Of a DNA stretch of 64,000 nt, positions 11,318-26,918 are shown piece after piece. The stretch comes from Macrostomum lignano (Eukaryota), in the NCBI GenBank assembly GCA_002269645.1, contig NIVC01002229.1, forward strand, positions 57,927 through 121,926. Direction: 5' to 3'. Within the stretch, counting starts at the first letter, position 1. Each line of letters begins with the position of its first letter. A model generated the notes under the pieces. It was not told where the DNA came from and did not search any database. It worked only from the letters and a program-made list of their open reading frames with translations. A program made the translations under genes and the position numbers.

Positions 11318-14300
11318 CTAGCAATCTACGCCCCCCGTTGGGGAGCCAAAGAAATGCAATACACGTTTTTTTAATAAGCTACATGTATCCTTGAAATCTT
11401 AAAAAATCTCCTATCAAACCTTGTAAGCCTTGACATGTCAGTAATTCCCCCCCACAAGCTTTAACATATCAACTTCCCCCCTTGACATCTCAGCCATGCC
11501 CCAATAAGCCTTGGAAATCTAAAAATATCTGTCAACCTTCTAACCCTAACCCTAACCTAACCCTAAAGCATTGAAATTTCAGTAATTCTCTTTAAGAGTC
11601 ATTATAGCACTACTACAGCATTATAGCGATTCCCTGCAAGCCTCGACATCGTAGGGATTCCCAAATGAATATCTTAACTTCGACATGAAGCTTCTTTTAT
11701 TTTTTACATTACGCTTTTTTAATCAGCGATCCCTCCCCTGAGGAGGCATCAAATAATGTAATAAAAATTTTTCAATAAACTACATGTAGCTTCTGACTTT
11801 AGCCTTGAAATCTCATTTATACCCCCGTGAGCCTTGACATCTCAGCTATTCCCCCCGTAAGCCTTAACATGTCAGCGATGGCGCCCATAAACCTTGAAAT
11901 CTGAAAAATCCCCTGCTAACCTTGAAACTCGATAAAATATAACCCTCAACCCACACCTGACCTAAACCTAACTTTAACCCAACATAAAGCCTTGAAATCT
12001 CAGCAATTCTTCTCCCTAAGCCTTGACATTTTAGTGATTCCTTCTTTAAGAATCACAGCACTATAACGATTTCCACCTAGCTTTGACATCGTAGCAATTC
12101 CCAAATGAATCTTTTAACTTCGACATGACTTTTCTTTTATGTATACATAGTGCTACTTTTATTTTTTACATGACTCTTCTTCTATCAGCGCCTCCCGTGG
12201 CGAGCCAACAAAGAATGCAATAAAAAAAATTGAGTAAAGTGCATGAACTTTGAATTAGCTTCTGACTTTTGCTTTGACATCTCAGAAACCCCCCCCCCGT
12301 AATCTCAGTTATTCTCTGAGAGCCTTGACGTCTCAGTTTTTCTCCCCAGCACAGCATTATAGCTGCATTTAATTTTTCCATGACACCTTTCATGTCTGAC
12401 ATGACGCTTCTTTTATTCTACTATGATGCTTCTTAATTTTTTAAATGACACTTTCATTAGTTTTTAAATGACGCTTCTATGATTTTTTCATGACGATTCT
12501 ATGATTTTTTACATGACGCTTCTATGATTTTTAGATGACGCTTCGATGATTGTTTACATGACGCTTATATGATTTTTAACATGACGCTTCTATGATTGTT
12601 TACATGACGCTTCTATGATTGTTTACATGACGCTTCTATGATTTTTTACATGACGCTTCTATGATTTTTAACATGACGCTTCTATGATTGTTTACATGAC
12701 GCTTCTATGATTGTTTACATGACGCTTCTATGATTTTTTAAATGACGCTTCTATGATTTTTATATTACGCTCTTACGATTTTTTACATGACGCTTCTATG
12801 ATTGTTTACACGATGCTTCTATGATTTTTACATGGCGCTTCTATGATTGTTTACATGGCGCTTCTATGATTGTTTATATGACGCTTCTATGATTTTTTAA
12901 ATGACGCTTCTACGATTTTTTACATGACGCTTTTATGATGTTTTAGATGACGCTTCTATGATTTTTTACATGACGCTTCTATGATTTTTACATGACGCTT
13001 CTATGATTGTTTACACGATGCTTCTATGATTTTTTACATGACGCTTCTATGATTTTTTACATGACGCTTCTATGATTTTTACATGACGCTTCTATGATTT
13101 TTACATGACGCTTCTATGATTTTTTACATGACGCTTCTATGATTGTTTACATGACGCTTCTATGATTGTTTACATGACGCTTCTATGATTGTTTACATGA
13201 CGCTTCTATGATTTTTTAAATGACGCTTCTATGATTGTTTACATGACGCTTCTATGATTGTTTACATGGCGCTTCTATGATTGTTTACATGGCGCTTCTA
13301 TGATTGTTTACATGACGCTTCTATGATTTTTTAAATGACGCTTCTACGATTTTTTACATGACGCTTTTATGATGTTTTAGATGACGCTTCTATGATTTTT
13401 TACATGACGCTTCTATGATTTTTACATGACGCTTCTATGATTGTTTACACGACGCTTCTATGATTTTTTACATGACGCTTCTATGATTTTTACATGACGC
13501 TTCTATGATTGTTTACATGACGCTTCTATGATTGTTTATATGACGCTTCTATGATTTTTTACATGACGCTTCTATGATTTTTTACATGACGCTTCTATGA
13601 TTGTTTACACGATGCTTCTATGATTTTTTACATGACGCTTCTATGATTTTTTACATGACGCTTCTATGATTTTTTACATGACGCTTCTATGATTATTTCA
13701 TGACGCTTCTACGATTTCTGCAGGACGCTTCAATGATTTTTACATGACACCTCTATGATTTTTACATGACGCTTCTATGATTTTTACATGACGCTTCTAT
13801 GATTTTTTATATGACGCTTCTATGATTGTTTATATGACGCTTCTATGCTTTTTACATGACGCTTCTATGATTTTTTACATGACTCTTCTATGATTGTTTA
13901 CATGACGCTTCATGATTGTTTACATGACGCTTCTATGATTTTTTACATGACGCTTCTATGATTGTTTACATGACGCTTCTATGATTGTTTACATGACGCT
14001 TCTATGATTTTTTAAATGACGTTTTTTTGATTTTTATATGACGCCTCTATGATTTTTTAAATGACGCTTCTATGATTTTTATATTACGCTCTACGATTTT
14101 TTACATGACGCTTCTAAGATTGTTTACACGATGCTTTTATGATTTTTTACATGACTCTTCTATGATTTTTACATGACGCTTTAATGATTTTTTCATGACG
14201 CTTCTACGATTTTTTACATGAGCTTCTATGATTGTTTACATGACGCTTCTATGATTGTTTACATGACGCTTCTATGATTGTTTACATGACGCTTCTATGA

Positions 14301-17300
14301 TTTTTTACATGACACTTCTATGCTTTTTACATGATGCTTCCACGATTTTTTACATGACACTTCTACGATTTTTTACATGACGCTTCTATGATTTTTACAT
14401 GACGCTTCTATGATTGTTTACATGACGCTTCTATGATTGTTTACATGACGCTTCTATGATTGTTTACATGACGCTTCTATGATTTTTAAATGACGCTTCT
14501 ATGATTTTTATATGACGCTTCTACGATTTTTTACATGACTCTTTTATGATTTTTTACATGACGCTTCTCTGATTGTTTACATGACGCTTCTATGATTGTT
14601 TACACGATGCTTCTATGATTTTTTACATGACGCTTCTATGATTTTTTACATGACGCTTCTATGATTTTTTACATGACGCTTCTATGATTATTTCATGACG
14701 CTTCTACGATTTCTGCAGGACGCTTCAATGATTTTTACATGACACCTCTATGATTTTTACATGACGCTTCTATGATTTTTACATGACGCTTCTATGATTT
14801 TTTATATGACGCTTCTATGATTGTTTACATGACGCTTCTATGATTGTTTATATGACGCTTCTATGCTTTTTACATGACGCTTCTATGATTGTTTATATGA
14901 CGCTTCTATGCTTTTTACATGGCGCTTCTATGATTGTTTATATGACGCTTCTATGCTTTTTACATGACGCTTCTATGATTTTTTACATGACTCTTCTATG
15001 ATTGTTTACATGACGCTTCCATGATTGTTTACATGACGCTTCTATGATTTTTTACATGACGCTTCTATGATTGTTTACATGACGCTTCTATGATTGTTTA
15101 CATGACGCTTCTATGATTTTTTAATGACGTTTTTTTGATTTTTATATGACGCCTCTATGATTTTTTAAATGACGCTTCTATGATTTTTATATTACGCTCT
15201 TACGATTTTTTACATGACGCTTCTAAGATTGTTTACACGATGCTTTTATGATTTTTTACATGACTCTTCTATGATTTTTACATGACGCTTTAATGATTTT
15301 TTCATGACGCTTCTACGATTTTTTACATGACGCTTCTATGATTGTTTACATGACGCTTCTATGATTGTTTACATGACGCTTCTATGATTGTTTACATGAC
15401 GCTTCTCTGATTTTTTACATGACACTTCTATGCTTTTTACATGATGCTTCCACGATTTTTTACATGACACTTCTACGATTTTTTACATGACGCTTCTATG
15501 ATTTCTTACATGACGCTTCCATGATTGTTTACATGACGCTTCTATGATTGTTTACATGACGCTTCTATGATTGTTTACATGACGCTTCTATGATTTTTTA
15601 AATGACGCTTCTATGATTTTTATATTACGCTCTTACGATTTTTTACATGACGCTTCTAAGATTGTTTACACGATGCTTTTATGATTTTTTACATGACTCT
15701 TCTATGATTTTTACATGACGCTTTAATGATTTTTTCATGACGCTTCTATGATTTTTTACATGACGCTTCTATGATTGTTTACATGACGCTTCTATGATTG
15801 TTTACATGACGCTTCTATGATTGTTTACATGACGCTTCTATGATTTTTTACATGACACTTCTATGCTTTTTACATGATGCTTCCACGATTTTTTACATGA
15901 CACTTCTACGATTTTTTACATGACGCTTCTATGATTTCTTACATGACGCTTCCATGATTGTTTACATGACGCTTCTATGATTGTTTACATGACGCTTCTA
16001 TGATTGTTTACATGACGCTTCTATGATTTTTTAAATGACGCTTCTATGATTTTTATATGACGCTTCTACGATTTTTTACATGACTTTTATGATTTTTTAC
16101 ATGACGCTTCTCTGATTGTTTACATGACGCTTCTATGATTGTTTACACGACGCTTCTTTATTTTTTACATGACACTTCTATGCTTTTTACATGATGCTTC
16201 CACGATTTTTTACATGACACTTCTACGATTTTTTACATGACGCTTCTATGATTTCTTACATGACGCTTCCATGATTGTTTACATGACGCTTCTATGATTG
16301 TTTACATGACGCTTCTATGATTTTTTAATGACGCTTCTATGATTTTTATATGACGCTTCTACGATTTTTTACATGACTCTTTATGATTTTTTACATGACG
16401 CTTCTCTGATTGTTTACATGACGCTTCTATGATTGTTTACACGACGCTTCTATATTTTTTACATGACGCTTCTATGATTTTTTACATGACTCTTCTATGA
16501 TTGTTTACATGACGCTTCTATGATTGTTTACATGAAGCTTCTATGATTGTTTACATGGCGCTTCTATGATTGTTTACATGGCGCTTCTATGATTGTTTAC
16601 ATGACGCTTCTATGATTGTTTACATGACGCTTCTATGATTTTTTACATGACACTTCTATGCTTTTTACATGATGCTTCCACGATTTTTTACATGACACTT
16701 CTACGATTTTTTACATGACGCTTCTATGATTTCTTACATGACGCTTCCATGATTGTTTACATGACGCTTCTATGATTGTTTACATGACGCTTCTATGATT
16801 GTTTACATGACGCTTCTATGATTTTTTAAATGACGCTTCTATGATTTTTATATGACGCTTCTACGATTTTTTACATGACTCTTTTATGATTTTTTACATG
16901 ACGCTTCTCTGATTGTTTACATGACGCTTCTATGATTGTTTACACGACGCTTCTATTATTTTTTACATGACACTTCTATGCTTTTTACATGATGCTTCAC
17001 GATTTTTACATGACACTTCTACGATTTTTTACATGACGCTTCTATGATTTTTACATGACGCTCTCCATGATTGTTTACATGACGCTTCTATGATTGTTTA
17101 CATGACGCTTCTATGATTTTTAATTGACGCTTCTATGATTTTTATATGACGCTTCTACGATTTTTACATGACTCTTTTATGATTTTTACATGACGCTTCT
17201 CTGATTGTTTACATGACGCTTCTATGATTGTTTACACGACGCTTCTATATTTTTTACATGACGCTTCTATGATTTTTTACATGACTCTTCTATGATTGTT

Positions 17301-20300
17301 TACATGACGCTTCTATGATTGTTTACATGACGCTTCTATGATTGTTTACATGCGCTTCCATGATTGTTTACATGACGCTTCTATGATTGTTTACATGACG
17401 CTTCTATGATTTTTTAATTGACGCTTCTATGATTTTTATATGACGCTTCTACGATTTTTTACATGACTCTTTTATGATTTTTTACATGACGCTTCTCTGA
17501 TTGTTTACATGACGCTTCTATGATTGTTTACACGACGCTTCTATTATTTTTTACATGACGCTTCTATGATTTTTTACATGACGCTTCTATGATTGTTTAC
17601 ATGACGCTTCTATGATTGTTTACATGACGCTTCTATGCTTTTTACATGACGCTTCTATGATTTTTTACATGACGCTACTATGATTTTTAAATTACGCTTC
17701 TATGATTGTTTACATGACGCTTCCATGATTGTTTACATGACGCTTCTATGATTTTTTACATGACGCTTCTATGATTTTTTACATGACGCTTCTATGATTT
17801 TTACATGACGCTTCTATGATTTTTTAAATGACGTTTTTTTTTTGATTTTTATATGACGCTCTATGATTTTTTAAATGACGCTTCTATGATTTTTATATTA
17901 CGCTCTTACGATTTTTTACATGACGCTTCTATGATTGTTTACACGATGCTTCTATGATTTTTTACATGACTCTTCTATGATTTTTACATGACGCTTTAAT
18001 GATTTTTTCATGACGCTTCTACGATTTTTTACATGACGCTTCTATGATTGTTTACATGACGCTTCTATGATTGTTTACATGACGCTTCTATGATTTTTTA
18101 AATGACGCTTCTATGATTTTTATATGACGCTTCTACGATTTTTTACATGACTCTTTTATGATTTTTTACATGACGCTTCTCTGATTGTTTACATGACGCT
18201 TCTATGATTGTTTACACGACGCTTCTATTATTTTTTACATGACACTTCTATGCTTTTTACATGATGCTTCACGATTTTTTACATGACACTTCTACGATTT
18301 TTTACATGACGCTTCTATGATTTTTACATGACGCTTCCATGATTGTTTACATGACGCTTCTATGATTGTTTACATGACGCTTCTATGATTTTTTAATTGA
18401 CGCTTCTATGATTTTTATATGACGCTTCTACGATTTTTTACATGACTTTTTATGATTTTTTACATGACGCTTCTCTGATTGTTTACATGACGCTTCTATG
18501 ATTGTTTACACGACGCTTCTATTATTTTTTACATGACGCTTCTATGATTTTTTACATGACTCTTCTATGATTGTTTACATGACGCTTCTATGATTGTTTA
18601 CATGAGCTTCTATGATTGTTTACATGGACGCTTCTATGATTGTTTACATGCGCTTCTATGATTGTTTACATGACGCTTCTATGATTGTTTACATGACGCT
18701 TCTATGATTTTTTACATGACACTTCTATGCTTTTTACATGATGCTTCCACGATTTTTTACATGACACTTCTACGATTTTTACATGACGCTTCTTGATTTT
18801 TACATGACGCTTCATGATTGTTTACATGACGCTTCTATGATTGTTTACATGACGCTTCTATGATTGTTTACATGACGCTTCTATGATTTTTAAATGACGC
18901 TTCTATGATTTTTATATGACGCTTCTACGATTTTTTACATGACTCTTTTATGATTTTTTACATGACGCTTCTCTGATTGTTTACATGACGCTTCTATGAT
19001 TGTTTACACGACGCTTCTATTATTTTTTACATGACACTTCTATGCTTTTTACATGATGCTTCCACGATTTTTTTACATGACACTTCTATGATTGTTTACA
19101 TGACGCTTCTATGATTTCTTACATGACGCTTCCATGATTGTTTACATGACGCTTCTATGATTGTTTACATGACGCTTCTATGATTTTTTAATTGACGCTT
19201 CTATGATTTTTATATGACGCTTCTACGATTTTTTACATGACTCTTTTATGATTTTTTACATGACGCTTCTCTGATTGTTTACATGACGCTTCTATGATTG
19301 TTTACACGACGCTTCTATTATTTTTTACATGACGCTTCTATGATTTTTTACATGACTCTTCTATGATTGTTTACATGACGCTTCTATGATTGTTTACATG
19401 AAGCTTCTATGATTGTTTACATGGCGCTTCTATGATTGTTTACATGGCGCTTCTATGATTGTTTACATGACGCTTCTATGATTGTTTATATGACGCTTCT
19501 ATGATTTTTTAAATGACGCTTCTATGATTGTTTACATGACGCTTCTATGATTGTTTATATGACGCTTCTATGATTTTTTACATGACTCTTCTATGATTGT
19601 TTACATGACGCTTCTATGATTGTTTACATGAAGCTTCTATGATTGTTTACATGGCGCTTCTATGATTGTTTACATGGCGCTTCTATGATTGTTTACATGA
19701 CGCTTCTATGATTGTTTATATGACGCTTCTATGATTTTTTAAATGACGCTTCTACGATTTTTTACATGACGCTTTTATGATGTTTTAGATGACGCTTCTA
19801 TGATTTTTTACATGACGCTTCTATGATTTTTTACATGACGCTTCTATGATTGTTTACACGATGCTTCTATGATTTTTACATGACGCTTCTATGATTTTTT
19901 ACATGACGCTTCTATGATTTTTACATGACGCTTCTATGATTTTTACATGACGCTTCTATGATTGTTTACATGACGCTTCTATGATTGTTTATATGACGCT
20001 TCTATGATTTTTTACATGACGCTTCTATAATTTTTTACATGACGCTTCTATGATTGTTTACACGATGCTTCTATGATTTTTTACATGACGCTTCTATGAT
20101 TTTTTACATGACGTCTTTGATTTTTACATGACGCTTCTATGATTATTTCATGACGCTTCTACGATTTCTAGGACGCTTCATGATTTTTACATGACACTCT
20201 ATGATTTTTACATGACGCTTCTATGATTTTTTACATGACGCTTCTATGATTGTTTACATGACGCTTCCATGATTGTTTACATGACGCTTCTATGATTTTT

Positions 20301-22825
20301 TACATGACGCTACTATGATTTTTACATTACGCTTCTATGATTGTTTACATGACGCTTCCATGATTGTTTACATGACGCTTCTATGATTTTTTACATGACG
20401 CTTCTATGATTGTTTACATGACGCTTCTATGATTGTTTACATGACGCTTCTATGATTTTTTAAATGACGTTTTGATTTTTATATGACGCCTCTATGATTT
20501 TTTAAATGACGCTTCTATGATTTTTATATTACGCTCTTACGATTTTTTACATGACGCTTCTATGATTGTTTACACGATGCTTCTATGATTTTTTACATGA
20601 CTCTTCTATGATTTTTACATGACGCTTTAATGATTTTTTCATGACGCTTCTACGATTTTTTACATGACTCTTTTATGATTTTTTACATGACGCTTCTCTG
20701 ATTGTTTACATGACGCTTCTATGATTGTTTACACGACGCTTCTATTATTTTTTACATGACACTTCTATGCTTTTTACATGATGCTTCACGATTTTTTACA
20801 TGACACTTCTCGATTTTTTACATGACGCTTCTATTATTTTTACATGACGCTTCATGATTGTTTACATGACGCTTCTATGATTGTTTACATGACGCTTCTA
20901 TGATTTTTTTAATGACGCTTCTATGATTTTTATATGACGCTTCTACGATTTTTTACATGACTTCTATGATTTTTTACATGCGCTTCTCTGATTGTTTACA
21001 TGACGCTTCTATGATTGTTTACATGACGCTTCTATTGATTTTTTACATGACGCTTCTATGATTTTTACATGACTCTTCTATGATTGTTTTACATGACGAC
21101 TTCTATGATTGTTTACATGACGCTTCTATGATTGTTTACATGCGCTTCTATGATTGTTTACATGACGCTTCTATTGATTGTTTACATGACGCTTCTATGA
21201 TTTTTTAATGACGTTTCTATGATTTTTATTTATGACGCTTCTACGATTTTTTACATGACTCTTCATGATTTTTTACATGACGCTTCTCTGATTGTTTACA
21301 TGACGCTTCTATGATTGTTTACACGACGCTTCTATTATTTTTTACATGACGCTTCTATGATTTTTTACATGACGCTTCTATGATTGTTACATGACGCTTC
21401 TATGATTGTTTACATGACGCTTCTATGCTTTTTACATGACGCTTCTATGATTTTTTACATGACGCTATATGATTTTTTACATTACGCTTCTATGATTGTT
21501 TACATGACGCTTCATGATTTTTATATGACGCTTCTATGATTTTTTACATGACGCTTTCTATGATTGTTACATGACGCTTCTATGATTTTTACATGACGCT
21601 TCTATGATTTTTACATGACGTTTTTTTGATTTTTTATATTACGCCTTCTATGATTTTTACATGACGCTTCTATGATTGTTTATATTGACGCTCTTCTATG
21701 ATTTTTTACATGACGCTTCTATGATTGTTTACACGATGCTTCTATGATTTTTTACATGACTCTTCTATGATTTTTACATGACGCTTTAATGATTTTTTCA
21801 TGACGCTTCTACGATTTTTACATGACGCTTCTATGATTGTTTACATGACGCTTCTATGATTGTTTACATGACGCTTCTATGATTGTTTACATTGACGCTT
21901 CTATGATTTTTTACATGACACTTCTATGATTTTTTTACATGATGCTTCACGATTTTTTACATGACACTTCTACGATTTTTTACATGACGCTTCTATGATT
22001 TTACATGACGCTTCCATGATTGTTTACATGACGCTTCTATGATTGTTTACATGACGCTTCTATGATTGTTTACATGACGCTTCTATGATTTTTTACATGA
22101 CGCTACTATGATTTTTACATACGCTTCTTTATGATTGTTTACATGACGCTTCATGATTGTTTACATGACGCTTCTATGATTTTTTACATGACGCTTCTAT
22201 GATTGTTTACATGACGCTTCTATGATTGTTTACATGACGCTTCTATGATTTTTTAAATGACGTTTTTTGATTTTTATATGACGCCTCTATGATTTTTTAA
22301 TGACGCTTCTATGATTTTTATATATTACGCTCTTACGATTTTTACATGACGCTTCTATGATTGTTTACACGATGCTTCTATTGATTTTTTTTACATGACT
22401 CTTCTATGATTTTTACATGACGCTTTAATGATTTTTTCATGACGCCTTCTAGATTTTTACATGACTCTGTTTATGATTTTTTACATGACGCTTCTCTGAT
22501 TGTTTACATGACGCTTCTTATTGATTGTTTACACTGACGCTTCTATTATTTTTACATGCACACTTCTATGCTTTTTACATGATTGCTTCCTACGATTTTT
22601 TACATGACACTTCTTACGATTTTTTACATGACGCTTCTATTATTCTTACATGACGCTTCATGATTGTTTTACATGACGCTTCTATGATTGTTTACATGAC
22701 GCTTCTATGATTTTTTACATGACGCTTCTATGATTTTATATGACGCTTCTTGACGATTTTTTACATGACTTCTATGATTTTTACCATGCGCTTTCTCTGA
22801 TTGTTTTACATGACGCTTCTATGAT
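11318..22825 (-). mobile_element. Non-autonomous Helitron copy (3' end at 11318) with a hugely expanded internal satellite; 5' end lost in the gap
   Basis: 11318-12440 is the reverse complement of 34780-35980. The minus strand ends GCTCCCC-AAC-GGGGGGC hairpin + GTAGATTG + CTAG|T. Confidence 0.72.
12440..22825. repeat. 23-bp satellite CATGACGCTTCTATGATT(G/T)TTTA, ~10.4 kb, roughly 450 copies
   Basis: CATG period of 23 (12557, 12580). The array runs into the N gap. Confidence 0.98.
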
Positions 22826-23777
22826 NNNNNNNNNNNNNNNNNNNNNNNNNNNNNNNNNNNNNNNNNNNNNNNNNNNNNNNNNNNNNNNNNNNNNNNNNNN
22901 NNNNNNNNNNNNNNNNNNNNNNNNNNNNNNNNNNNNNNNNNNNNNNNNNNNNNNNNNNNNNNNNNNNNNNNNNNNNNNNNNNNNNNNNNNNNNNNNNNNN
23001 NNNNNNNNNNNNNNNNNNNNNNNNNNNNNNNNNNNNNNNNNNNNNNNNNNNNNNNNNNNNNNNNNNNNNNNNNNNNNNNNNNNNNNNNNNNNNNNNNNNN
23101 NNNNNNNNNNNNNNNNNNNNNNNNNNNNNNNNNNNNNNNNNNNNNNNNNNNNNNNNNNNNNNNNNNNNNNNNNNNNNNNNNNNNNNNNNNNNNNNNNNNN
23201 NNNNNNNNNNNNNNNNNNNNNNNNNNNNNNNNNNNNNNNNNNNNNNNNNNNNNNNNNNNNNNNNNNNNNNNNNNNNNNNNNNNNNNNNNNNNNNNNNNNN
23301 NNNNNNNNNNNNNNNNNNNNNNNNNNNNNNNNNNNNNNNNNNNNNNNNNNNNNNNNNNNNNNNNNNNNNNNNNNNNNNNNNNNNNNNNNNNNNNNNNNNN
23401 NNNNNNNNNNNNNNNNNNNNNNNNNNNNNNNNNNNNNNNNNNNNNNNNNNNNNNNNNNNNNNNNNNNNNNNNNNNNNNNNNNNNNNNNNNNNNNNNNNNN
23501 NNNNNNNNNNNNNNNNNNNNNNNNNNNNNNNNNNNNNNNNNNNNNNNNNNNNNNNNNNNNNNNNNNNNNNNNNNNNNNNNNNNNNNNNNNNNNNNNNNNN
23601 NNNNNNNNNNNNNNNNNNNNNNNNNNNNNNNNNNNNNNNNNNNNNNNNNNNNNNNNNNNNNNNNNNNNNNNNNNNNNNNNNNNNNNNNNNNNNNNNNNNN
23701 NNNNNNNNNNNNNNNNNNNNNNNNNNNNNNNNNNNNNNNNNNNNNNNNNNNNNNNNNNNNNNNNNNNNNNNNNNNNN
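22826..23777. other. Assembly gap (952 N)
   Basis: Run of N. Confidence 1.
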
Positions 23778-23865
23778 TCGGCCCGAGCTAGAACCGCCGT
23801 CAACCGCCGAGCTCGGCCCGATCTCGGCGGACCGAGCTCGGGCCGACGTCGCCACTCGGCATCCG

Positions 23866-26800
23866 CCCAGTGGCAAAGCCGAGCTCGGTCCGAGCTCGGG
23901 CCGACGTCGGCCACTCGGCATTCGATCGGCCATACTAAAGTCGGCCAGCCGACGTCGGCCCGAACTCGGTAGAACCTCGGGGTGCCGCGCCGTTAACCGA
24001 TTAAAAGTTTTAATCATTAGCAGAATTTACCTACGCTAATGAATTCGATATGATTAAAAAAGAACACCGCATAAATATAGATGAATAATTTACACTGAAA
24101 AAGTGACTCTTTTGCAATAAACAAAAACAACGCAATAATACAGCACTTTTGAAGCCACCAAAGTGGTGTAATGTGCTTTTTACACATACTAATTGTGTTT
24201 TTACTGAATTAGTTTCCTCGTTGAGTAGGTGATTTGACTTTTATGGATTTATTCTCCTTCGAGACGACCATGAAGTGCATGCGTTATAGGTACGGAAAAT
24301 TCGAAGTACTGGATTTTAACAATTATATATATGAGTAATTTACCAGATAAAAAGAACATAGCTTCGTTAGTAAAAATATAAATAAATAATTAACTGCTTT
24401 AGAATTTACTTAAGGCGTAATTATTGCTCATTTTTTGCCATTCATTTGAATATATTGCTCCGTGCAGGTCAAGTCAATTGTAAACAGTGTTTGGCTCTTT
24501 TTAACGTGGCAATTCATTTAGCTTCTTAGTTATTATTTTTATTACACGTTCTTTGGAAGCATTTAGATGTTTCGGCAAAAATTCCAGAGACATACTTAGT
24601 CTTACAGTTAAGCCGTAACTAATTGAACTATAGCTACACTGTAATGCAATGTAAACTTGTTTTTTTTGGTTTAATGAAGATTTGCTTACAATTTATGAAT
24701 AGGCGTATGAAATATGTTTTCATTAATGATAATTAGACATATTACGATGGCAATTCACCAGCTATTTTCAGAATGGCCATCAAATAGTTATCTAGGAGTT
24801 AAAAGTGAATAAATATCTACAAAAAGCACATTTTCATGATAAAATGTTGAAAAGTATAGGATTGCAATAGGAGTTACCATAACTTAACTGTAGGAATGAT
24901 ATCTAGCTTAGGTCATAAATCCTGTGATTTGAAAAGTCTAAAATGGCCTAAATAAAGCCAGATTTTTAGGCTCCTATGATATTTTTATCCCTACTATATT
25001 AGGTCTAGCTTCTTATTTTTTATTTGTCTATGGCAATGCCATCATGAATTATATACAATCAGTTAATTTAAGACATTGTTTATGTACTATAGGCCAGGAT
25101 ATAATGCCAATTGTGCATTTTATGGCAGGCAATTTAATGTAATTTTGCTATATATGCCAATTTTTTACTCTTTTGAATAGATTCATAGTATTCAGTTTAT
25201 ACTATATTGTTTTTCTAATGACTTTTTAGTATAACTATAGTATACTTATTTTACTATTATAGGTTTTTACTTTATTTTTGCACCATAGACTAGATATTGA
25301 TGCTATTTTTATATACTAGGGCCCTATGCCATATTTGGCATCAGTTTTGCACTGCAAAGTTTTGCACATCAATTTTTTTACTTTTTCATCATATGGCTTC
25401 AATTCTAACCCCCTTGATGTTCTAGATACAACACTTTGAGAAAATGGGGCGAGATTCTAAGCCTCCCCACGAGCGATCCAGAAGCAGCAGCACGACACCC
25501 ATGCCCATGACCACCACATTGAGATGGGAACGCAGTCGTTGCGAGGGACTTTGCTGCTGATGGCAGCTGGAAGCCTGCTGTTCTGACCGACTGCTCCAGG
25601 GCTGTGTCTCTCTTGCCAGTTTGACGAGTGGTCGAGAGGTCCATCGGCAGATCAATCAAGTGCCTGCGCGGCGCCTTCCAAAGTTGAGCAACCGCTATGT
25701 GCCGAGGTGCCTGACGATCAACCAGAGGCCCTGCGGAGACGCCTGGCCAGGCGCCAGAGTTGAGCTCTGCGGCGCCACTTTGACGTTCGACCAGGGCAAG
25801 AGCTTAACCTGACCGGCTGCGCTACCAGTGACTATGGACTGTTCCTCTATGGACTGTAAACTGATTTGCGTCTTTTATTCCCGTTTTTATCTAACGCTTA
25901 ATCTTTGTGGGGGAGGTGTGGTGACTTGACTGAGCAAATTGTTGTTTGTTTTGTTAGCTTGTTTTTACTCCGTGTTTTGAGGTGGTGTTTTACCAGTTTG
26001 CTGCGTGCTCCCTTCTGCGATATTTCGCTGTACATTCTTATGTGCGCTCTGCATTCTGGCCGCTCTTGCTTTCCACCCTTAAGCCTCTTACACCCAATGT
26101 ATCGTGCTCAATATTTACAATATAAATTGCAGTCGCTTTCCTCGTATCAAGCGTCTCGTTCTACAATCTAAAGTGAAGTCTTACAGTTTATAATGTTAAT
26201 AAATGCTCAACCAAATCCGTATCACAACCCTTAACTCAACCTCTGTTTTCAGCTGTTTAGCTACTTTTTCTCTGTTTTCTTGCTTATTGGTTTGAAAGTT
26301 AATCTTGTATCATTATTAGCATTTGATAATACACTAGTGTGCTTGTGGTGGATTTACTGTTGCGGTTTTCTTTTAATTCAATTATTTTAACTTCTAAATC
26401 GTTGTCTTATTTCACAATCATTTAATCCTGAACATGGTTGTTGGTTGTATATTTGTTGGGTCAGAGAACTGAGTCTGGTGGATATGTATCTAATTCCGAG
26501 GGGAAATCAATTAACTAGTTATACTAGAGGCTCACCATAACTAGGCTCATATACGAGCGTACATTAACACTGCAATGCACTAACATGCTAGGAATGACAT
26601 GGGATCTTTAACTCGATGGTTTCAATTCGTGTCATGTCATTTTCCCATTCACCTTTTCTTTTTCATGTAATACCGAATTGTACATGTACAGTAAAATTAT
26701 ATAGAAAGTGAAAGTGGCACCTACATGTAGTCAATCTGTAAGAAGCAATATAAGCTTTATAATAAGCTAAATAAAGTATAGTGCAAAGCTACTCGCATTA

Positions 26801-26918
26801 CCGCGGTCAGCCGACCTCGGCCCGAGGTCGTCGGCCCGAGCTAGAACCGCCGTCAACCCGCCGAGCTCGGCCCGATCTCGGCGGACCGAGCTCGGGCCGA
26901 GCTCGCTTTGCCACTGGG
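23866..26918. mobile_element. Non-autonomous TIR DNA transposon, CMC/EnSpm-like (family X, copy 1, 3053 bp)
   Basis: Ends CCCAGTGGCAAAGC...GCTTTGCCACTGGG, with palindromic subterminal motifs (CCGAGCTCGG, CCGACGTCGG) and a 2-bp flank duplication CG/CG. The superfamily is inferred from the CCCAG ends and 2-bp TSD. Confidence 0.75.
25400..26226 (+). mobile_element. Gypsy 3' fragment (decayed integrase tail, PPT, ~310-bp LTR 25917-26226) inside X copy 1
   Basis: Homologous to 58540-59366. PPT GGGGGAGG precedes TGTGGTGAC; AATAAA near 26198; ends ATCACA. Confidence 0.65.

Noticed and set aside
1-22825. CRISPR-like arrays
   Set aside because: The repeats are tandem without unique spacers, there are no cas genes and the context is eukaryotic.
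22740-24017. ~400-aa ORFs
   Set aside because: Artefacts of translating across the N gap.
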